From: Thermoanaerobaculia bacterium
Lineage (GTDB): Bacteria > Acidobacteriota > Thermoanaerobaculia > UBA5066
Direction of reading: 5' to 3'
DNA: 64,000 bases
Assembly: GCA_038245905.1 (NCBI GenBank)
Contig: JBBRRY010000021.1
Coordinates: 1 to 64,000, forward strand
This document shows, piece by piece, positions 11,028 through 19,383 of the stretch (position 1 is its first letter; each line of letters opens with the position of its first letter). Both the position numbers and the translations under genes were made by a program. The notes below the pieces were generated by a model that saw only the letters and a list, made by a program, of their open reading frames with translations, did no database searches and was not told where the DNA came from.

Positions 11028-11495
11028 ATGCCTTACGACCCCCGGATGATTCAACCCTTCCGCGACGAGCTCACGCAGGCCGGCTTCACCGAGCTTCACA
11101 CGGCCGCCGAGGTGGATGCCGCCGTTTCGCAGAAGGGAGCGACTCTCGTCGTCGTGAATTCCGTCTGCGGCTGCGCCGCCGGCCAGGCGCGCCCCGGCGT
11201 CGCGCTCGCGGTCAAGCATCCGCTTCGTCCCGAGAGGCTCGTGACCGTGTTCGCGGGGCAGGACCTCGAGGCGACGGCGCGGGCCCGCTCGTACTTCACC
11301 GGCGCTTCGCCGTCGTCACCTTCGATCGGCATCCTCAAGGACGGGAAGCTCGTCTACCTCCTCCAGCGGCACGAGATCCAGATGATGGACGCGCGCGCGG
11401 TCGCGGGCGCGCTCGGCTCCGCCTTCGAGGCGGTCGCGGGCGGAAAAGCGGCCGGGGCGCACGCCGCCGGCCTCCAATTACCCGCTCGAGCCTGA
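11028..11495 (+). CDS. BrxA/BrxB family bacilliredoxin
   Basis: NSVCGCAAG, TVFAGQD, SSPS motifs; SD AGGAG. Confidence 0.9.
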   Translation: MPYDPRMIQPFRDELTQAGFTELHTAAEVDAAVSQKGATLVVVNSVCGCAAGQARPGVALAVKHPLRPERLVTVFAGQDLEATARARSYFTGASPSSPSIGILKDGKLVYLLQRHEIQMMDARAVAGALGSAFEAVAGGKAAGAHAAGLQLPARA

Positions 11496-11513
11496 GAAAG
11501 ACCCGGCCGGAGG

Positions 11514-13223
11514 GTGCCGGCGGGATCGGTGAGGCGTCGTCCTCGTCGCGCACTCCCGAATGTGCGCTGCCGTGCCTTCTGCCTTCTCGCGGTCGTGACG
11601 CTCGTTCCAGGTCTGGCCCGCGCTGCCACGAGAGCCGACGTCCTTGAGGCCGCGGAGCGGGCGGCCGACAGACTTCCGGCGATCCGGTCCGAGGGGCGCC
11701 GCTGGGAGGACGTACCCTATCTCGTCGGCCTCCTCCTCGTCGCCGAGCAGCTCGAGAAAAGCACGCCGGGCGCGGGACGACGCTGGATCGATCGCGCTGC
11801 GGCGATCGTTGGAGGCGGAGATGCCCCCATCGGCAACGGCGACTACGCCGGTTACGCGCAGGCGGCGATGGATCTCTACCGGCTCACGCCGCCCTCAGAC
11901 ACGGCGAGAAGAGCCGCCTTTCTTAGTGCGACGGAAGGTCCGCTCCGGTTTGCGGCCTCCGCGCTCCACGCCGCTCCCTCGAACAGCCCGCCGCTCGCGG
12001 ACTGGTGGGTGGACGGCGGGTATGGCACGCGCTTCTGGGTGGACGACCTCTTCACGATGCCTCCCGGACTCGCGATGCGCGGCGCGAAGCGCGACGGCCT
12101 CCCTGGAGACGCGGCGGCGCGCGACCTCGCCTACGAGTGGATCGAGGCCTATCTCTACGACCACCGCCCCGCGTCGGGGGACGCGCCGGCTGCCGGCGTC
12201 CCTGCCGAGCGCCGGCGGGCGGGGCCGCTTCTCTGGGATCCCGCGCTCGCGCTCTTCCGCCACGACACGGATTCCGGTCGGTCGCGCTACTGGGGGCGGG
12301 GGAACGGCTGGGCCGCATGGGGTCTCGCGCGCTCGGCCGGGTATCTCGACAATCCGTACGGCGGGAACCGCTACGACGCCGTTCTCGACAGGACGGGGAT
12401 TCGCCAGGTGCTCGTACGATTCTCGGTGGCTCTCGCGGCGCGTCGCTCGGACGACGGCGGCTGGCCGACGGACCTCGCGCACCCCGAAGACTGTCCCTCG
12501 AGCGAGACTTCGGCAACGGGGCTCATCACGTACATGCTCGCGAAGGGCGTCAACGAAGGCTGGCTGGATCGGACCGCCTTCACGCCGGTCATCCTGAAGG
12601 CGTTCTCTCTTCTCCTCGGGCGGCTCGACGCGCATGGGGATGTGTCCGGCATCCAGCCGCCCGGGACCGGCCCTGATTGCGGCGTGACGACGTCGAGCGA
12701 CCCCGCCGTGGACGTCTCTTACGGAGTGGGAGCGTTCCTCCTCGCGGCGTCCGAGATCCTGAAGCTTCCGGACGCGGACCTCGCGATGCTGGAAGGCGTC
12801 GCGGCGCGGCCGGTCGATCGGGCGTTCAGCGCCCGCGTGTGGATCGTCGTGCCGATGGACGACCCCGACGCGATCTCGTCCGGTATCGACGACGGCGACG
12901 GGTTCCGCGGCTTCCGCCGGTCCTTGCGCGCCGTCGCCGTTCCCCTCTGGACCGCGCTCGCGCCCGGAGAAGACACGACGCGCGTGAACGAACGGGAGGG
13001 CTTCCTCCGGATCGGCGGGAGAAATCTGTCTCCCGTGTCCGCGGCGATGGCGTTCGAAATCCGCTCCGCGGACGGAAGTCTCGCGGAGAGGTCGACGCTG
13101 GATCTGCCGCCGGGGGGCTCGGCCTTCGTGACACTCTTCGCGGCCGAGGGATCGACGGTGATCCTCTCCAACGTCTCAGCGGATGCCGGGGTGGCGCCGG
13201 CCGTCGTGTCCGAGTCCTGTTGA
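11514..13223 (+). CDS. Secreted GH88/GH105-like glycoside hydrolase with C-terminal extension (start may be GTG 11562)
   Basis: WVDDLF, WGRGNGW, ETSATG, YGVGAFLLA motifs; signal-like N-terminus. Confidence 0.7.
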   Translation: MPAGSVRRRPRRALPNVRCRAFCLLAVVTLVPGLARAATRADVLEAAERAADRLPAIRSEGRRWEDVPYLVGLLLVAEQLEKSTPGAGRRWIDRAAAIVGGGDAPIGNGDYAGYAQAAMDLYRLTPPSDTARRAAFLSATEGPLRFAASALHAAPSNSPPLADWWVDGGYGTRFWVDDLFTMPPGLAMRGAKRDGLPGDAAARDLAYEWIEAYLYDHRPASGDAPAAGVPAERRRAGPLLWDPALALFRHDTDSGRSRYWGRGNGWAAWGLARSAGYLDNPYGGNRYDAVLDRTGIRQVLVRFSVALAARRSDDGGWPTDLAHPEDCPSSETSATGLITYMLAKGVNEGWLDRTAFTPVILKAFSLLLGRLDAHGDVSGIQPPGTGPDCGVTTSSDPAVDVSYGVGAFLLAASEILKLPDADLAMLEGVAARPVDRAFSARVWIVVPMDDPDAISSGIDDGDGFRGFRRSLRAVAVPLWTALAPGEDTTRVNEREGFLRIGGRNLSPVSAAMAFEIRSADGSLAERSTLDLPPGGSAFVTLFAAEGSTVILSNVSADAGVAPAVVSESC

Positions 13224-13264
13224 GGCGCCCGCGGGCGACACTACGTGTGTCCAGGAATTTCCGA

Positions 13265-13681
13265 TCAGCTCCTGACGCTGCCGAAGAGCCGCATGAAGGC
13301 CGCGACGCCCGCGCCCCATGCTCCGTTCAGGAGGAGCGCTCCGACGATGAGGTCGGGCTTCCAGCCGCCGCCGACGGGCAGCCCCTTGAGCGGCAGGACG
13401 ACGAGGAACGCAACGAGCGTGGGGAGTATGGCGCCGAAGGCGACGGCGAGGAGCCAGTACTTCGGCCCCGAGGCGCCGGCGATCGTCAGCCAGAGCGCGA
13501 TTCCCCAGAGGCCGCCCCAGAACGCGAGCGACAGCACGGAGGGAACTCCCATCGGAGGCGTCGGCGTCATCACCCATGGGTTGCGTGGGGTCATCCTTAC
13601 TCCGTGGAGGATCGCGAGGACACCCTGATGAAAGACGAGCGTCGAGAGGAAGCCTGCGAGGAACGCTCTCACGTAGGTCAT
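13265..13681 (-). CDS. Hypothetical 4-TM membrane protein
   Basis: Hydrophobic ORF with GGAG SD; FHQG...GVP...FWGGLWG. Confidence 0.75.
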   Translation of the reverse strand: MTYVRAFLAGFLSTLVFHQGVLAILHGVRMTPRNPWVMTPTPPMGVPSVLSLAFWGGLWGIALWLTIAGASGPKYWLLAVAFGAILPTLVAFLVVLPLKGLPVGGGWKPDLIVGALLLNGAWGAGVAAFMRLFGSVRS

Positions 13682-13713
13682 GGAGAACTCCTGTCCGGCG
13701 GGTGCCGGGACGG

Positions 13714-14061
13714 TCAGTCGATATCGAGCGCGGCCTTCAAGCCTTGCATGACGAGAAAGAGCTGCTCCGAGGTCAGGGAACCGGCTTTCTCCACGAGCTT
13801 CCCGCGATCGAGAGTCGTGACCTGATGACAGAGGGCGAAACCCGCTCTTTTCATCCCGCCCGCGCCTTTAGGCAAGTGGACGGCGGTCGGGCCCCTGGCG
13901 CCCTGGCTCTCCGAGGTGGACACGGGGATTACGATCACAGAGCGCCAGCCCGGTGTCTCGTTGAAACCGTCGTTCGAGACGACGATCACCGGGCGTCGAC
14001 CCCGCTGCTCGGAGCCCGAACGGGGTTCGAGGTCGGCCCAGTGAACTTCGCCGCGCTTCAA
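13714..14061 (-). CDS. PemK/MazF family toxin
   Basis: KRGEVHWADL..GSEQRGRRPVIVVSND; TTG start overlaps the antitoxin stop (TTGA). Confidence 0.9.
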   Translation of the reverse strand: MKRGEVHWADLEPRSGSEQRGRRPVIVVSNDGFNETPGWRSVIVIPVSTSESQGARGPTAVHLPKGAGGMKRAGFALCHQVTTLDRGKLVEKAGSLTSEQLFLVMQGLKAALDID

Positions 14062-14327
14062 CGTTTCTTGCGGCTCCCCCGCAGGTGCTCGACCGCGGCC
14101 TTCTCGAGTCCGGCGTCGAGATCGGCAGTGGACCCCGCGGTGCTCGCGGCGTAGACGGCGATCTCCTCCCGTACGGACTGGCGGCGCTTCTCGCGGAGCC
14201 ACTCCTCGATGGCGTCACGTGCGACGCTGGTCGCGGGCCGGCTTTCGCGAGCGGCTTCCTCCTTCAGGCGGTCATAGGTCTCGCCGGTGAGAGGAAGGTG
14301 AAAATTGCGAAGCGGAGAAGAAGGCAT
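14058..14327 (-). CDS. Putative ribbon-helix-helix antitoxin
   Basis: 89 aa directly upstream of the toxin; NFHLPL strand followed by two helices. Confidence 0.8.
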   Translation of the reverse strand: MPSSPLRNFHLPLTGETYDRLKEEAARESRPATSVARDAIEEWLREKRRQSVREEIAVYAASTAGSTADLDAGLEKAAVEHLRGSRKKR

Positions 14328-14337
14328 GGCCGTTACC

Positions 14338-14373
14338 TGTCATGACACTATGGCCACTTTGATGCCATGTCAA
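14338..14373 (-). promoter_or_regulatory. Sigma70-type promoter of the TA operon overlapped by palindromic operator sites
   Basis: TTGACA (14373-14368), 17 nt spacer, TAGTGT (14350-14345); perfect palindrome TGTCATGACA at 14338-14347 and variant TGCCATGTCA at 14363-14372. Confidence 0.75.
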
Positions 14374-14374
14374 T

Positions 14375-14788
14375 GTGTCCTTATGGGCCCCCGGCGCCGC
14401 GGACGCGCTGCTCGACCGTGGCCTTCTCGGCCCCGGAGTGGCGCGCCTCCGCCTCGTTCCGAAATCCCGGCCACCCGCCCCCCAGAGGCCGGCTCCTGCC
14501 CGGGAGCGCGCGCTCGCGGAGAAACTTGGGAAGAAGAAGTCGGCCGAGGCGAAGAAGCTCCTCGAGGCGCGAACCCGGGAGACGCAGCGGGCGCGCGCAA
14601 GTCTCGCGGCGGCGGAGAAGGCCCTCGAGGCCGCGCGGCAGAGGCAGCAGGAGCTCGAGACCGCACTCTCGTCCGCGATGAGGCTTGAAAGAAAGTTGCG
14701 TGAGGAGGTCGCAACCGCGCGCAAGGCGCTGGAAGGCGCGGAGGCGGCCGAAGTCGCGACGGGCTCCTCAGCGGGGCGGAAGGAGTAG
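14375..14788 (+). CDS. Hypothetical coiled-coil protein, possibly a gene fragment
   Basis: Ala/Glu/Lys/Arg-rich helical ORF filling the gap; no clear SD or start. Confidence 0.35.
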   Translation: MSLWAPGAADALLDRGLLGPGVARLRLVPKSRPPAPQRPAPARERALAEKLGKKKSAEAKKLLEARTRETQRARASLAAAEKALEAARQRQQELETALSSAMRLERKLREEVATARKALEGAEAAEVATGSSAGRKE

Positions 14789-16276
14789 GAGGTTCCCCGT
14801 CCGCGGGTAACGCCGGAGGACCGAGAATCCTCGCCTCCCTGCCTCGGCAGCTTCCGCTTCGGTCACGTAGCAGAGGTCGTAGTCCCACCTGTCCGTTTCG
14901 AGTCGTTCGACCGGAGCCAGCCAGTAAAGGCCCTCGACGACACGCATGTAGTTCAGGGCCGGCTCGCAATGGGAGATCGAGCCAACTCGTGTCGCTCGCG
15001 TACGGCCCTCCCGCCTTGTGTATTCGTCGAGGTCCGAGACGACGAGGCGCACATCCGCGTCGAACCACCAGAGGGCCGACCGGTTCGTGTCGGCGACGCG
15101 CACGAGGTGAATCGACGCGAGAAGAGCGAGTACGCCGAGGAGGGCCGTCGCCGCCTTCCGAGCGGCCGGAGGCGCAGTTGCCGCCCCGAGCGTCGCCGCA
15201 AGAACGAAGAGAGGGATGAACACCGTCGCGATCCGATCCGTGGGATAGCGAAGCCCGAGAAAAAGGCTCTGCGATTTCACGGCGAGAGCGGTCAGGGCGA
15301 GAAGTGAAATGAAGGCAAGGGCGACGAGATCGGACGGGCCGCGCTGCCGACGGAACAGAAGGCGAATCCCGGCCCATGAGACGAGAACCAGAGATCCCGC
15401 GACGAAGAGGAGAAGCGGTTTTTCGAAGCGTCCGAGCCAGGGGGCGGGGAGTAGCGTGAGCCAGACGAGATTCTCGACCGTGTCGTGCCAGATGCCCGTC
15501 GTTCCTCCCGCGTAGAAGCCGCCGGACTTTCCGATCCTCCAGAGAATGCCCGTGAGACCCATCGCGAGGGCTGCGGATGTGACGAGGAGGGGGACGAGGC
15601 GTCGCCCGAATCGGCGCAGGAGCGTTGGGCCGGACCCGGCATTCCACGCGCGAACGGCGTGAATGACGACGAGGATGGCCGCCATCGCGGCGAACACGTC
15701 GAGAGCGACGAATTGGGAAAGGACCGCGAAACACAGGAGAGAGAGCGCGAACCACTCGTTTCTCCTTGGCGAATCGGACTTCTCGATCGTGAGAGAGGCC
15801 AGGAGGAGCGCCGGAAGAATGAGTCCAAGGCAGAGGCCGTAACCGCGTGCGAGGGAGAACATTTCGAGGAGGTGACGGTTCGCCGAGGCGAGCACGAGAC
15901 CTGAGAGCGCGAGGACAGGCGGCGCGTGTCGGCGGAGGAGGAGCCAGAGCGATGCGAGATACGAAGCCAGCGCGAGAAGGTTCGGGAGGCGGAGAGGCGC
16001 CTCGCCCGGGCCGAGAAGAGCCGATGAGACTTTCATCAGGACGGTGTTGAGGAGATGGTTGTTCGCGGGACCCGGGCCTTCGAAAAGGAAGATGGCCCGC
16101 CATGGCGCCGTCGACCAGTGAAGGAAGGTGAAAGCCTCGTCGTGGGTGATCGGAACGAGGACGGCGCGCGCCACGGCGAACGCGAGGACGGACGTGCAGT
16201 AGACGATTGCGACGATGTCGTACTGAATTCCAGGGTGGCGGGGCCCTTGGCCCGGCCCCGACGGCGCGGCGCTCAC
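14768..16276 (-). CDS. GT-C fold (ArnT/PMT-like) polytopic membrane glycosyltransferase
   Basis: THDEA after TM1, NNHLL, LRLPNLL, ARGYG motifs; many TM segments; GTG start overlaps the speD stop (GTGA). Confidence 0.7.
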   Translation of the reverse strand: MSAAPSGPGQGPRHPGIQYDIVAIVYCTSVLAFAVARAVLVPITHDEAFTFLHWSTAPWRAIFLFEGPGPANNHLLNTVLMKVSSALLGPGEAPLRLPNLLALASYLASLWLLLRRHAPPVLALSGLVLASANRHLLEMFSLARGYGLCLGLILPALLLASLTIEKSDSPRRNEWFALSLLCFAVLSQFVALDVFAAMAAILVVIHAVRAWNAGSGPTLLRRFGRRLVPLLVTSAALAMGLTGILWRIGKSGGFYAGGTTGIWHDTVENLVWLTLLPAPWLGRFEKPLLLFVAGSLVLVSWAGIRLLFRRQRGPSDLVALAFISLLALTALAVKSQSLFLGLRYPTDRIATVFIPLFVLAATLGAATAPPAARKAATALLGVLALLASIHLVRVADTNRSALWWFDADVRLVVSDLDEYTRREGRTRATRVGSISHCEPALNYMRVVEGLYWLAPVERLETDRWDYDLCYVTEAEAAEAGRRGFSVLRRYPRTGNLLLLPPR

Positions 16277-16626
16277 CGGGCGTCGGCGCCCCGGATGCGC
16301 TCTTCGACCGTCGAACGTTGCGCCCCGAGCGCCTTCGCGAGCGCGTCGACCGCCTTCCGCGCGCGCGCGACGTCGCCGCACGTGAAGAGGTCCACGGCGG
16401 CCTCGCCGCGCTCGGGCCACGTGTGGATCGTGAGATGCGACTCCGAGATGACGACGACGCCACTGACGCCCTGAGGGCTCAGTCGGTGGATGTGGATGCC
16501 GAGGACATTCGCGCCCATCGCCTTCACGGCGTCCACGAGGAGCGTCTCGACGAGGATGGGATCGTCGAGCGTCGCGAACGGCGCGCCCGCGACGTCGAGG
16601 AGAAAGTGCACGCCGAGGACCTTCAT
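16273..16626 (-). CDS. speD: S-adenosylmethionine decarboxylase proenzyme (class 1B)
   Basis: PQGVSGVVVISESHLTIHTWPE...DLFTCG; ATGA overlap with the upstream gene. Confidence 0.92.
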   Translation of the reverse strand: MKVLGVHFLLDVAGAPFATLDDPILVETLLVDAVKAMGANVLGIHIHRLSPQGVSGVVVISESHLTIHTWPERGEAAVDLFTCGDVARARKAVDALAKALGAQRSTVEERIRGADAR

Positions 16627-17708
16627 CGAATTCCCATCGTGGCTACGGCGGCCTCGTTCGCGGGCTTGACCTTCCAGAGGAACGCGTCCCAGACGTAGTG
16701 CGTCGCCTGCGGGAGCGCGAGGAGCGGCACGATCAGCGCGAGGAGCAGCACGCCGGGATCGAGGGCGGGTCCGGGGAAGAGCACGGCGTGATCGTGCCAG
16801 ACGAGGCGGTCCCAACCCCACTCTTCCGCGAAGGCGACGAGGAGAAGGGGCGCGAGGAAGAGGACGAGCTTCGGAGCGAACCGGTCCGCGAGGGAGGGCG
16901 GTTCTCCGGCTTCGAGGCGTGCCGCCGCGCGCGCCTTCGACGTGAACCACACGAGGCCCATGTACGGGATGCCGTGGACGAAGACGTTCAGGACCGTGAA
17001 CGCGTAGTCCGAGTCGAAGACGACGATGCCGAGATGCCACGTCGCAGCGGTCGAAAAGACGATCAGGATCTTGCCCCACGAAATGGGACGGCCCGCGCGG
17101 GCGCGTGCGAGCTCCTTCCCGATCCACGCGGCAAGGATGCCCGCGTAGATCACGAAAGCGGCGCGGCTGACGCCGTCAGGAAGGCCCGACAGGAAGTCGC
17201 CCTTCAGGAACCACTGGAATTTCCGGGGCAGGTGCGCGTGCCAGAAGAGAAGCGGAGTCAGCGTCGCGCCGTAAATCACGGCGGCGTCGAGGAAACGCCC
17301 GCCTTGACCTTCGCCGTTCTTCCGGCGGTACAGAGCGACCCAGCCGTACTGCTGCCGGATGAAGTGAAACACCGCGAGGTAGGCCAGGACGCGCCAGAAG
17401 AAGAGCGGCGAAACGGAGTACGCGGCCACGCCGGCGCACCACGCCGCGATAGGAACGCCGGCGTAGAGCCAGAGGCGCCGGGAGACCTCATGGCCATCCG
17501 AGAGAACGCGCCATCCCGTGGACCAGACGTGCGCCACGTCCACGCCCACGACGGCGACGAGGAACAGCCACGGCGGAGCGTCTCCATCGAGGAGGCCGGT
17601 CGCGTGACCGATGCCGAGGAACAGCAGGGCGACCGCCGTCGACCCTCCGAAGAGGAGAAGATCGGTGCGCCTGCCGAAGAGCCACGGGGAATTCACGGCG
17701 CCGGGCAT
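16623..17708 (-). CDS. Uncharacterised polytopic membrane protein with four His motifs
   Basis: DVAHVWST, HFIRQQYG, HGIPY, THYVWD in or near TM helices. Confidence 0.8.
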   Translation of the reverse strand: MPGAVNSPWLFGRRTDLLLFGGSTAVALLFLGIGHATGLLDGDAPPWLFLVAVVGVDVAHVWSTGWRVLSDGHEVSRRLWLYAGVPIAAWCAGVAAYSVSPLFFWRVLAYLAVFHFIRQQYGWVALYRRKNGEGQGGRFLDAAVIYGATLTPLLFWHAHLPRKFQWFLKGDFLSGLPDGVSRAAFVIYAGILAAWIGKELARARAGRPISWGKILIVFSTAATWHLGIVVFDSDYAFTVLNVFVHGIPYMGLVWFTSKARAAARLEAGEPPSLADRFAPKLVLFLAPLLLVAFAEEWGWDRLVWHDHAVLFPGPALDPGVLLLALIVPLLALPQATHYVWDAFLWKVKPANEAAVATMGIR

Positions 17709-17709
17709 G

Positions 17710-19383
17710 TTAGCTCGCGGCAATCGAGGCGAACCGCGCGCCGCGTGCGGCGAGGATCCCCTCGGCCGCGCGAACCCCGGCGTCCTGCGCCTCCTCGAAG
17801 AGCGGGAGCCCGGCGGAGTCGGCGTGCGCGAAGAAGACTCCGCCCTCGGGGGCGAGGTGGCGGACGGGGCTCGAGAGGAAGCCCGGCGTGGGCCGCGCCA
17901 TCGCATGGCCCCAGCGCACGACGTCCAGGTTCATGACGAGACCGGGAAGATCGTGGTGCGCCCGGGAGAGATCCGCGAGGGCGGCCGAAGCGAGGTCGTC
18001 CCAGGAGGCTCCGAGAAGCTTCGCGCGCGCGGCCGCCGGCGCTTCGTCCGTCAAGGGAAGGTAGTACGTGAAGACGGTCGGTCCCTGCTCCGGGCCGGAT
18101 TGATGGGTCGCGACGACGTAGCCGAGGGAGCGCGAATCGTGAAGGACGTTGTCCCACGCGAGGGGAAAACCGCGCTCCTCGGGCCGGGCGCGTAGCGTGA
18201 GGTTTGCGACCAGCCACGGCGCCCACGACATGTCCGCGAGGAAGGCGGGCGGCGCCGCGCGCCACGGCGCGAAGACACGCGCCGCGGCGAATTTCGGCAG
18301 CGCGAGGATCGCGTGAGCGGCCTCGACCGCGACGACTTCGTTGCGAGCCGCGTCGAGGAAGCGCAGCGTCACCGGCGCGCCTGCGTTCGGTGCCGGGGCG
18401 ACGTCGAACACGAGGGAGGCCGGCGCGAGGCGTCCGTCCGCGCTCTTCGCGAGCAGCGCGACGAGGCGGCCGTTGCCTTCGGGCCACGTGAGGAATTCCG
18501 AAGGATCCTCGTCGTCGTCTTCGCCGGGCAGCCGGGCCGCATGGTAGTGGAGGCCCGCCCACGCCGACGTGCCGGCGAGGTTCGTGCCGAAGTCGTCGCG
18601 GCACCCGTACTCCGTGAACCAGAGGAGCCGCGGCGACGTGAAACCCTTCGCGCGCATCCACTCGGCCATCGTGAGACGGTCGAGAGCAACGAGGTCGGCG
18701 TCGTCGGACGAGAGGCGCGTCGGGATCGCGAACGCCCGCCGGCCCTGCGCGTCCCTCCGGGCGGCGAAGGCGTTCGCCTCGCGCTGGAAGCGCGCGAGCT
18801 GCGCGAGGTCCTCGGGCGAGGCGCCGTCCCGCGGGTAGAGGCCCTGGCGCCACGTGTAGCCGAAGAAGAGGCGCTCCTCCGGCTCGCGGCAGAGCATCTC
18901 CTCGGCCCACTCGGGAGCGCCGTCCGCGTCGCGGGAGACGAGGGCGCCGGCTTCTTCGAGAACCGCCTCGAGGGCGCGGTTCGGTGAGGCGGGGACGGGC
19001 ACGTAGTGCGCGCCCCAAGGAAAAGCGGAGACGTTGTTCGCGCCAGACCGGGCGGTGCCGCCGACCTCGTCCTCGAGGTCGTAGACGCGGAAGTCACGGT
19101 CGCCCGCCCTCGCGAGGCACCACGCGGCCGAGAGACCGGAAACCCCGGCGCCCACGATCGCCGTGCCGACACGCTCCGTTCGGACGGCGGGACGCGACAG
19201 GAGATCGCCCGACCGGAGAAGGTGCCCGCGCGCGGCGTCCGGCCCCACGATGCGGCCGCCGAAGGGCAGGCCACGAGCCTCCGACTTCCCACAAGCAGTG
19301 AGAGCCGCGGCGAGGGCGGAAAGCGCGGGGAGCCCGACGAGCGACGCGATCGCGTCGCGGCGGCTCAGTCGAAGCGCTTCCAC
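17710..19383 (-). CDS. FAD-dependent oxidoreductase (amine oxidase-like), predicted Tat lipoprotein
   Basis: SRRDAI twin-Arg, LTAC lipobox, GAGVSG Rossmann motif, GG..WGAHY, RWGHAM, LFEEA. Confidence 0.85.
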   Translation of the reverse strand: MEALRLSRRDAIASLVGLPALSALAAALTACGKSEARGLPFGGRIVGPDAARGHLLRSGDLLSRPAVRTERVGTAIVGAGVSGLSAAWCLARAGDRDFRVYDLEDEVGGTARSGANNVSAFPWGAHYVPVPASPNRALEAVLEEAGALVSRDADGAPEWAEEMLCREPEERLFFGYTWRQGLYPRDGASPEDLAQLARFQREANAFAARRDAQGRRAFAIPTRLSSDDADLVALDRLTMAEWMRAKGFTSPRLLWFTEYGCRDDFGTNLAGTSAWAGLHYHAARLPGEDDDEDPSEFLTWPEGNGRLVALLAKSADGRLAPASLVFDVAPAPNAGAPVTLRFLDAARNEVVAVEAAHAILALPKFAAARVFAPWRAAPPAFLADMSWAPWLVANLTLRARPEERGFPLAWDNVLHDSRSLGYVVATHQSGPEQGPTVFTYYLPLTDEAPAAARAKLLGASWDDLASAALADLSRAHHDLPGLVMNLDVVRWGHAMARPTPGFLSSPVRHLAPEGGVFFAHADSAGLPLFEEAQDAGVRAAEGILAARGARFASIAAS

